Origin: Saccharofermentanales bacterium
GTDB lineage: Bacteria > Bacillota > Clostridia > Saccharofermentanales > DTU023
Length of the DNA: 64,000 nt
Assembly (NCBI GenBank): GCA_050945495.1
Contig: JBMNTA010000003.1
Location: 8,761 to 72,760, forward strand
Reading direction: 5' to 3'
Part shown: piece after piece, positions 57,332 to 64,000 of the stretch
Layout: every line of letters starts with the position of its first letter
Numbering within the stretch: the stretch's first letter is position 1
Made by a program: the position numbers and the translations under genes
Notes under the pieces: model-generated
What the model saw: only the letters and a program-made list of their open reading frames with translations
Database searches by the model: none
Told to the model about the DNA's origin: nothing

Positions 57332-58290
57332 CGGTCGGCCTCCTCAAATAAAAACACACGCAATTTCGCACTGCGCGCCCGTCGATTGCGATCGACCTCG
57401 GACGCATCCGGCGTATGCGGTTTGTTCGTGATCATTTTGCCCAGGCTTTGCTTGCCGCAGACACACGGCAATTGCGGCGGGCATTCGCACGGCGACTCCC
57501 AGCGTCGCATCGCCTGTTTGACCATCCGATCCTCCAGCGAGTGGAAGCTGATGATCGCCACGCGTCCTCCCGGTGCCATGACCTCGGGCAAGACGTGCAA
57601 TAAGTGCGAAAGTTCGGATGGTTCCGCGTTCACGGCCATGCGAAGCGCCTGAAACGTTCGGCGGGCCGGATGACCGTCGCGCCGTGCGCGTGGCGGCACG
57701 GCATGCGTGACAAGCTCCGCGAGCTCCAGGGTGCGCGTGATCGACGACGACGCACGTTGCCGGACGATGGCGCGTGCGATCGACGTCGCATAGCGTTCTT
57801 CCCCGTACAGGCGAAGCAAGGCCACCAAGTCATCTTCCTCGGTGTGGGCGATGAGATCGGCCGCCGTGGTCGCCTGATCGGGATTCATGCGCATGTCCAA
57901 CGGACCGTCGGATAAATAAGAAAATCCGCGTTCGGCCGTGTCCAACTGATGGGAACTGACGCCGAGATCGGCAATGAGGCCGTCGACCCCGCCCCAAAGT
58001 CGTTCGGGCAGCCATTGGGGAAACTCGGAGAACGACGCCCGCACCACATGCACCGTCGCCTCCGTCTCCGTCGCGTCCAGCCGCGCCTTCGTCGCCTCGA
58101 GCGCTTCGGGATCGCGGTCGGCCGCATAGAGGCATCCTTCGGGGCCCAAGCTCGCCAAGATGGCGGCGCTGTGTCCGCCGCCGCCGGCCGTCACGTCAAC
58201 GTAAAGCCCGTCGGACCGAACCTGCAAAGCGTCGACCGAGGCGTCCAACATGACGGGACGATGCCACGCATTACAACCCACGGATGTCAT
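57328..58290 (-). CDS. rsmH: 16S rRNA (cytosine1402-N4)-methyltransferase
   Basis: HRPVMLDASVDAL..YVDVTAGGGGHS, DLGVSSHQLD and ISFHSLEDR motifs. Start taken at ATG 58290. The longer ORF overlaps most of mraZ. Confidence 0.93.
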   Translation of the reverse strand: MTSVGCNAWHRPVMLDASVDALQVRSDGLYVDVTAGGGGHSAAILASLGPEGCLYAADRDPEALEATKARLDATETEATVHVVRASFSEFPQWLPERLWGGVDGLIADLGVSSHQLDTAERGFSYLSDGPLDMRMNPDQATTAADLIAHTEEDDLVALLRLYGEERYATSIARAIVRQRASSSITRTLELAELVTHAVPPRARRDGHPARRTFQALRMAVNAEPSELSHLLHVLPEVMAPGGRVAIISFHSLEDRMVKQAMRRWESPCECPPQLPCVCGKQSLGKMITNKPHTPDASEVDRNRRARSAKLRVFLFEEADR

Positions 58291-58705
58291 ATTGGCTGAG
58301 GTCCATGTCGGCAAGCGAAACCTCTTCGTTCCGACGTTCGTCGAAGTAGGCTTGCGAGCAGATTTCAATCTTATCGAAGACGTCGATGAAACAGATCTCG
58401 TCCCCCGGCCCCACGTGGATGTGTTTCCAGAGAAAGGCCGGCACCGAGATGCGCCCTTGGGCGTCAAATTCGCATTCGCTGGAATTCCCCAGCACGTCGC
58501 GTTTCAACTGGCGAATTTCGACCCCCGTGCTTCGTTCGGACAAGATTTGCTGTTTGATCGACTCAAATTGTTCGGGTGTGTAAGCAGCGAGAAAACCGCG
58601 GTCAATGCCTTGCGTCACCACGAGAACGCCATTGAGCTTTTCTCGTAGTTTGGATGGGACGATCACACGCCCCTTGGCGTCGATTGTATGCGTAAACCGT
58701 GCCAC
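58271..58705 (-). CDS. mraZ: Transcriptional regulator MraZ
   Basis: Two SpoVT/AbrB-like halves, each with a DxxGR motif (DAKGRVIVP and DAQGRISVP). GTG start with an AAGGAGAGG SD 7 nt upstream. Confidence 0.92.
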   Translation of the reverse strand: MARFTHTIDAKGRVIVPSKLREKLNGVLVVTQGIDRGFLAAYTPEQFESIKQQILSERSTGVEIRQLKRDVLGNSSECEFDAQGRISVPAFLWKHIHVGPGDEICFIDVFDKIEICSQAYFDERRNEEVSLADMDLSQYDIRGL

Positions 58706-58732
58706 GGCTCTACCTCTCCTTACTTTGGGGAT

Positions 58733-58763
58733 ATTCTACCACATCTCCCCACTCCTATGTCAA
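58733..58763 (-). promoter_or_regulatory. Candidate dcw (mraZ) promoter
   Basis: Minus strand TTGACA - 19 nt - TGgTAGAAT (extended -10), about 27 nt upstream of the mraZ GTG. The spacer is longer than optimal. Confidence 0.4.
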
Positions 58764-58823
58764 TAAAAACCCTTATCCCCCACTATTTTCCCCGAATCAC
58801 CCTCGATTCTTTCTGTTTTGCGC

Positions 58824-58853
58824 AAAAAAAACGCCGCGCGAGCGACGTCGGCG
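58824..58853 (-). terminator. Possible terminator after rodA
   Basis: Minus strand has a GC-rich imperfect hairpin (CGCCG..CGGCG) followed by TTTTTTTT, about 40 nt after the rodA stop. Confidence 0.35.
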
Positions 58854-58892
58854 ACGAGCGATTGGGATGCGTCCCCCTTTACACCGTCGACC

Positions 58893-60062
58893 TCATGACG
58901 CGGCGTAGGTTGAGTCGTTCATGGAAAAATTCAAAAGCACGCCCAATAAAATGAAGTTGGAAAACATGGCGGATCCGCCGTAGCTGATGAACGGCAACGG
59001 AATGCCCGTGACCGGCAACAGTCCGACCGTCATGCCGATGTTTTCGATAAAGTGGAACGCCAGCGCGGAGATGAGGGCCACCATGATGTAGGCCTCCTCC
59101 GGGGCGCGCGTTGAAATACGGCCGGCCACCCGTAACGTATGCACCACGAAATAAATCGCGAGCAAGATGACGAGCGTCGTCCCGATCATGCCGAGCTCTT
59201 CGGAGATGGCCGCAAAGATGAAGTCGGACTCCTTGACGGGCACGCTGACGCCGACATCGGCGGGGCTCCCCGCAAGGCCGCCCGAGGCCACGGCCGCCAA
59301 CGATTGGTCGATTTGGTAGGAGGCGGCGGCGTCGTGTCCGCGGAACAGGAACGTCATGATGCGCTCCTTTTGCGACGACGTCAACGCAAACTTCCACGCC
59401 AACGGCAACACGCCGAAGATCGCGACCAGCGCCGCGAGCAGGATCGTGCGCCAACGGACGCCCCACACAAACGCCGTGCTCAAAAACATGAACAAAATGA
59501 CCAGCGCCGTGCCGAGGTCCGGCTCCGTCAGGACGAACACAAACGGGATGCCGTACAACAGCGCCAATTTAAGAAAGCCGCGCCCCACGGTCTCCTCGCC
59601 CGATTTCATGGCGGCAAACATCGGCCCCGCCGTCATCGCAATGCCGATTTTCGCGATCTCCGACGGCTGAAACGACCCGACGACGGGCAAGCGAATCCAG
59701 CTGTCCGCACCGGCAACGGGCTGATATCCGTCGACCTTGACGACGAACAACAAAATCAGACTCACCCCGTAAATGATGCCGCCGATCAGGCGCATGGTGG
59801 GGGGCTCGAAGAGGCACAGAATAAACGCCGCGACCAATCCCAAAAGCACGGCCGCGATTTGCTTATAGAAGTTCAGCGGATAATCGAAAATGACGGCGGC
59901 GTATCCCTTGGCCAGCACCTCGTTCAAGACGACGAGGCCGATGATCACAAGCGCCAAGACCGGCACCAGCATCCGGTAGTCGAGCGCACGAAAAAAGACG
60001 TCGGCGCGCGACGGCGGCCGCCCGTCGGTGGCACGTCGGATCGATCCGTCCATGCGGCGCAT
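58893..60062 (-). CDS. rodA: SEDS-family protein RodA (rod shape-determining / peptidoglycan polymerase)
   Basis: 389 aa multi-TM protein with FQPSEIAKI, ESDFIFAAISEELG and GIPLPFISYGGS motifs. Confidence 0.88.
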   Translation of the reverse strand: MRRMDGSIRRATDGRPPSRADVFFRALDYRMLVPVLALVIIGLVVLNEVLAKGYAAVIFDYPLNFYKQIAAVLLGLVAAFILCLFEPPTMRLIGGIIYGVSLILLFVVKVDGYQPVAGADSWIRLPVVGSFQPSEIAKIGIAMTAGPMFAAMKSGEETVGRGFLKLALLYGIPFVFVLTEPDLGTALVILFMFLSTAFVWGVRWRTILLAALVAIFGVLPLAWKFALTSSQKERIMTFLFRGHDAAASYQIDQSLAAVASGGLAGSPADVGVSVPVKESDFIFAAISEELGMIGTTLVILLAIYFVVHTLRVAGRISTRAPEEAYIMVALISALAFHFIENIGMTVGLLPVTGIPLPFISYGGSAMFSNFILLGVLLNFSMNDSTYAAS

Positions 60063-60065
60063 CGT

Positions 60066-61055
60066 TTATGCGTCGGCGGGCGTGTCGTCGAGGTCCGCCT
60101 CGACGATCTCGATCACGTCGTCCGGAATGCCCGCCATGGACGCCAGCACCGCTTCCCGCGTCTTGGCGCGCACGTGTTGAATCACAAACCCGATGATGGC
60201 CGCCGCGATCATGACGACCGAAATGACCTGCGACACGCGGAACACGTAGCCGCCCGCGTGGAACATCAGCGCGTCGGTGCGAATGCCCTCCACGAAAAAG
60301 CGGACGATGCCGTAGGTGAGGAAATACGTCAGAACGCACGTGTACGGACGTTTGGAGTGTTTGCGAAGATACAACAGCAACGCAAAAATCAACATGTTCG
60401 CGACGAATTCATAGAAAAACGTCGGGTGCACGGGTAAATTCGGATCGATGGCGGCCCCGGCGTAATCGGGATTCGCCTGCACGCGGGCGAGCCCGGCACG
60501 TGTCCCCTCGCTGATCATGCCCCACGGCAACGTGGTGTTGGTGCCGAAAGCCTCCTGGTTAAAGAAGTTGCCCCAGCGGCCGATGCCTTGACCGAGCGGC
60601 ACGTAGACCGCAAAGAAATCGAGGACCCGCCGCAACTTGATGCGCTTGATGCGCGACGCGATCGCCAAGGCGATGATGCCGCCGATCACGCCGCCGTAAA
60701 AGGCCAGACCTCCGCTTCGAAGATCCCAAATCGATCGCGGATGATCACGGAATTGATCCCACTCAAACGCGACGTAATAGATCCGCGCAAACACGAGAAT
60801 GAACGGGATCATCCACAGGAAAAAGTCCAAAATATCGTCGCTCGTCAATCGATGATGTTTCGCCTGGGTCATCGCCAGCACGATGCACAAAATCATCGCA
60901 ACGGCGAAAATCAGACCATACCAATAGACGATGACGTGGCGACCGAATACGTCAAATTCAAACGCGATCCGGCTGATCGGCACATTGTGGATGCCGAGTC
61001 CCGGGAACGAGACATGAAATTGAGCTAACCAAGGCAACATGTTTTTACCCTCCAA
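60066..61055 (-). CDS. lgt: Prolipoprotein diacylglyceryl transferase
   Basis: YWYGLIFAVA, GGLAFYGGVIGG and GRWGNFFNQEAFG motifs, plus a C-terminal extension of about 60 aa. Confidence 0.93.
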   Translation of the reverse strand: MEGKNMLPWLAQFHVSFPGLGIHNVPISRIAFEFDVFGRHVIVYWYGLIFAVAMILCIVLAMTQAKHHRLTSDDILDFFLWMIPFILVFARIYYVAFEWDQFRDHPRSIWDLRSGGLAFYGGVIGGIIALAIASRIKRIKLRRVLDFFAVYVPLGQGIGRWGNFFNQEAFGTNTTLPWGMISEGTRAGLARVQANPDYAGAAIDPNLPVHPTFFYEFVANMLIFALLLYLRKHSKRPYTCVLTYFLTYGIVRFFVEGIRTDALMFHAGGYVFRVSQVISVVMIAAAIIGFVIQHVRAKTREAVLASMAGIPDDVIEIVEADLDDTPADA

Positions 61056-61081
61056 AGCAACGCCATTTTATCACATCGACG

Positions 61082-61879
61082 TTAAGCTTCGCGTCGGATC
61101 CAGGCAATCGACGCAGCGGCGCCGTCCAGGGCCTCAACCCCGTGCATGAGACGCGTGGCGATCGCGCCGGCATCGCCGATGGCGCTGGTCGCCTCGACCG
61201 TCCGATCACCCAGCGAGACGCGCGTCCGATAGCGGCCTTTCGGCAAACGAACGGCCGTCGCGGGATAGGCCATGACAAACGTATGCGCATCGCCGGCACG
61301 GGCGGTGCCGTGCAATTGAAACGGGCGCGTCATCAGGGTGGCGGCTTCGGCGACGTCACCGCGTCCGAGCGCCTCGCGAATCCGCGTGCTCGACACTTTC
61401 CGCCCGTCGACCGTCACGTCGGGCACGATCAGCGGCCGAATCGACAGCTCGGGGCCTTCGCGGCGCAACAGCGCCGCATCGCCGGCGCCCGCGTGCCCGA
61501 ACCGGGCGTCCTCGCCCATCGCGAGCAACCGCCCGCCCAAGGCGTCGGAGACGATGTCTTTCAAAAAGCATGTGGGCGAACAGTGGCTGAGCGACGGCTC
61601 CACGGGCAGTATCCACACGTCCTCCACGCCGAGCGACGCGATCGCACGGAGGCGATCCTTTTCCGTCATGAGAAACGGCCGCGTGACGGCCGTATCGTCG
61701 AAGTCATAGCCGGCGCCGTACGAAAACGTGAAAATGGCGGGGCGAAGCGACGACGCCCGACAGGCGCGGATGAGCGCCTCGATCAACGCTCGGTGCCCGA
61801 GATGCACGCCGTCGAAATCGCCGAGCGCGATGCCGCGCGACGCGGTCGGGGCCGCCTCCAACGAACGGTAAACTTGCAT
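61082..61879 (-). CDS. ribF: FAD synthetase (RibF family) with short, degenerate riboflavin-kinase half
   Basis: N-terminal FMN adenylyltransferase motifs IALGDFDGVHLGHRALI and SSTRIREAL. Only 265 aa. The C-terminal part of about 85 aa lacks the PTAN and kinase Glu motifs. Confidence 0.8.
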   Translation of the reverse strand: MQVYRSLEAAPTASRGIALGDFDGVHLGHRALIEALIRACRASSLRPAIFTFSYGAGYDFDDTAVTRPFLMTEKDRLRAIASLGVEDVWILPVEPSLSHCSPTCFLKDIVSDALGGRLLAMGEDARFGHAGAGDAALLRREGPELSIRPLIVPDVTVDGRKVSSTRIREALGRGDVAEAATLMTRPFQLHGTARAGDAHTFVMAYPATAVRLPKGRYRTRVSLGDRTVEATSAIGDAGAIATRLMHGVEALDGAAASIAWIRREA

Positions 61880-61882
61880 GAA

Positions 61883-62908
61883 CTACCTCACCTCTTCCGG
61901 GGCGATGAACACGCGTCGGACGCGCCCCGTCCCGTCCGCCGTGCGCCCCACCGCGATCAATCGCCCGGCATCGTCCAGGAAGACCGCCGCATCTTCGCTC
62001 GGCGGCGGCCCGAGCCGCACGGCCGAGGGCGATGGCAAGACCACGTCCTCGGGGGCCACGGAGATGGTGCGCCCGTGGGCCAGATCGAGCGCTCGGTCGC
62101 GATCCACCGTGACGGCGGGCCAGCCCCGAAAGGCATCGGCCGTCGGTCGCACCCCGCCGCGTTCGACCATGACGCGTCGAAATGCGACGGGATCGCGTCC
62201 GAGATCGTCAAATCGTCGGGCGATGTCGTCGAGCGCACACGCGTCGTCGATGTGAAACGGTCCCGTCGAGCGCCGACACAGCGCGATCGCATGCCCGTAC
62301 GTTCCGAGCATGCGCCCCAGTCGATCCGCCAAGACGCGAATGTAGGTGCCGGAACTCACAAAAAAATCGAGCGTCACGACGGGCCACCCGTCCTTCCCGA
62401 CCCGCCGATCGCAGATCCGGGCCTCGTACACCTCCACGGTTCGGACCGGACGTTCCACGGTTTCGCCGGCACGCGCGTATCGGTAGAGCGGACGTCCGTC
62501 GACCTTGACGGCGGAATACATCGGCGCCCGTTGCGCTTGCGGGCCGATCAGTCGGCGCACGGCGTCTTTGATGTCGGCGCCGCCTTGGTCGGACATCCAT
62601 CGCTTGCACTCGGCCGACGGATCCCCGACGCGCTCGATCACCTCGCCCTCGCGATCCATCGTATCGGTCGCCTCGCCCAAGGACACGTCGACGACGTACC
62701 GCTTCGGCCACGCGAGCATAAAATGGGCGGCGCCCGTCGCCCGTCCGAAACAGATGGGCAAGACCCCCGTCGCAAACGGATCGAGCGTCCCCGTGTGGCC
62801 GACACGCTTCATGCCGAGCATGCGACGCATGCGCGCCACCACGCCCGCCGACGTCATGCCGACCGGTTTGTCCACAATGAAAATGCCCTGATCGGGCGCC
62901 GAATTCAT
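61883..62908 (-). CDS. truB: tRNA pseudouridine(55) synthase
   Basis: GIFIVDKPVGMTSAGVV and the catalytic-Asp motif VGHTGTLDPFATGVLPI, plus a C-terminal PUA-like extension. Confidence 0.93.
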   Translation of the reverse strand: MNSAPDQGIFIVDKPVGMTSAGVVARMRRMLGMKRVGHTGTLDPFATGVLPICFGRATGAAHFMLAWPKRYVVDVSLGEATDTMDREGEVIERVGDPSAECKRWMSDQGGADIKDAVRRLIGPQAQRAPMYSAVKVDGRPLYRYARAGETVERPVRTVEVYEARICDRRVGKDGWPVVTLDFFVSSGTYIRVLADRLGRMLGTYGHAIALCRRSTGPFHIDDACALDDIARRFDDLGRDPVAFRRVMVERGGVRPTADAFRGWPAVTVDRDRALDLAHGRTISVAPEDVVLPSPSAVRLGPPPSEDAAVFLDDAGRLIAVGRTADGTGRVRRVFIAPEEVR

Positions 62909-63942
62909 CGATCCTCGGACGCCTCACGACAGGCGTCGAGCGTACGCTTGGCCTCACGGGCCACCTTGGCCATGGCTTCGTCGAGCGAGAGATCGTCGAT
63001 CGTCATGCCCGCGGCACGTCGATGGCCGCCCCCGCCGAATCGCTTGGCGAACGCCGCCGCGTCAAAACAGTCGTTGGATCGAATGTTCACGCGGACCCCT
63101 TTCGATTGTTCCACGAAAAGAAAGGCGACGCCGACTCCTTCGGCGTTGCGGATCACCGACGCGAAATTCGACAAATCGTCGTCGCGGACGCCGCGCGCTT
63201 CCAATTGTTTGCGCGTCACGTGCGCGAAGAGAATGTTGCCGTCGTCGTGGGATTCGATGGAGGCGAAGATATCGCCTTGGATCTGGAGTCGTCCGATCGT
63301 CGTGCGCTCATACAATTCGTAATGGAGCGCCGTCAAATCGATGGGAAAACGTTCGAGCAAAAACGCGGCTTGGCGCAGGCACAGGGGCGTCGTGTTGCTG
63401 TAAGTGTAGCGGCCCGTGTCGGTGATGGTGCCCGCCAAAAGCAGTTCGGCGATCGTCGGATCAAAGAACGGTTGCGTCGCGTAATACTCGAGTTGCCAAA
63501 TGATTTCAAACACCAATTGGCACGACGATGCCGCCGACGAATCGATGTAATCGAGCCGACCGCGCTCGCCTTCGAATACGTGATGATCGATGGTGGCATG
63601 GTGCGCGATCCGCTCATAACAGGCGGCGCGTCGCCCCATGCGTTCGGGATCGTGACAATCGACGGCGATCGCGAAATCGTAGGCGTCGCACGACGTCGAG
63701 TCATCGTACACGATGACCTCCTCGAGTCCCGGCAGACATGCCAGCGATTCGGGCGTCGCCTCATCGGCCAACACGGCCGTCCGGCAACCGAGCTTTCGAA
63801 AGGCCATGGCCAACGAAACCGCGGCGCCGATGGCATCGGCATCGTACCGTTCGTGCGGGAAAAGCGCGATCGAGCCTTCGACCTCGGCCAGATCGATGAC
63901 GTATTCAATGAGTCGGCGTCCCGCCGGGTCGATATCGCGCAT
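62905..63942 (-). CDS. nrnA: DHH/DHHA1 phosphoesterase NrnA (oligoribonuclease/pAp phosphatase)
   Basis: DADAIG, DCHD and IDHH motifs, plus the DHHA1 GGGHRRAAG motif. Conserved rbfA-nrnA-truB-ribF neighbourhood. Confidence 0.88.
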   Translation of the reverse strand: MRDIDPAGRRLIEYVIDLAEVEGSIALFPHERYDADAIGAAVSLAMAFRKLGCRTAVLADEATPESLACLPGLEEVIVYDDSTSCDAYDFAIAVDCHDPERMGRRAACYERIAHHATIDHHVFEGERGRLDYIDSSAASSCQLVFEIIWQLEYYATQPFFDPTIAELLLAGTITDTGRYTYSNTTPLCLRQAAFLLERFPIDLTALHYELYERTTIGRLQIQGDIFASIESHDDGNILFAHVTRKQLEARGVRDDDLSNFASVIRNAEGVGVAFLFVEQSKGVRVNIRSNDCFDAAAFAKRFGGGGHRRAAGMTIDDLSLDEAMAKVAREAKRTLDACREASEDR

Positions 63943-63951
63943 GGAGTCCCC

Positions 63952-64000
63952 CTATTCTTCCGCGTCGCGCGCTTCGCGGCGCTCGGCCGCCCGACGATCG
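63952..64000 (-). CDS. 3' end of an upstream gene, possibly ribosome-binding factor A (call rests on synteny only)
   Basis: Frame is open to the window edge and ends ..DRRAAERREARDAEE-TAG (stop at 63952-63954). Only 15 codons are visible; the rbfA assignment is inferred from gene order. Confidence 0.25.
   Translation of the reverse strand, partial: DRRAAERREARDAEE

Overview
GC-rich window. From about 3.3 kb to the end it is one co-directional (minus-strand) block of core housekeeping genes. Gene content suggests a high-GC Firmicutes/Clostridia-type genome: glgD, mutS2, sbp/DUF1290, a SpoVD/PBP2B-class PBP, greA-lysS (inference from content only). In coordinate order: an ABC exporter pair and a probable PPi-type phosphofructokinase (plus strand); a glgB-glgC-glgD-glgA-GH13 glycogen operon; mutS2, pgsA, dnaE, phosphoglucomutase, uvrB, a family-4 UDG, a flavin reductase and a DJ-1/PfpI protein; greA-lysS and pyrG-guaB; a cell-wall-anchored 5'-nucleotidase, a MATE pump, a SAM methyltransferase and tRNA-Ser(CGA); a recG-rsmD-coaD-hypothetical-ddl string followed by two orphan genes; nth, an HtrA-like lipoprotein, a WalRK-like two-component system and nrdR; a dcw cluster (mraZ-rsmH-ftsL-pbp-murF-mraY-ftsW-murG-ftsQ-sbp-ftsZ); then rodA, lgt, ribF, truB, nrnA and the tail of a probable rbfA. 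I saw no rRNA, CRISPR array, transposase, integrase or prophage gene. The best candidate for something undescribed is the translationally coupled orphan pair at 33822-36340: a membrane-anchored protein with a long helical tail plus an acidic-N-terminus partner. I cannot assign either to a family. Other points of interest: FtsZ has a duplicated C-terminal peptide in a locus without ftsA; the HtrA-like lipoprotein lacks the catalytic His; DnaE has a Pro10 linker and an extra C-terminal domain; RibF has a degenerate kinase half; and there are operator-like repeats in the mraZ and ftsZ promoter regions. All family calls come from motifs read in the translations. No database search was run.
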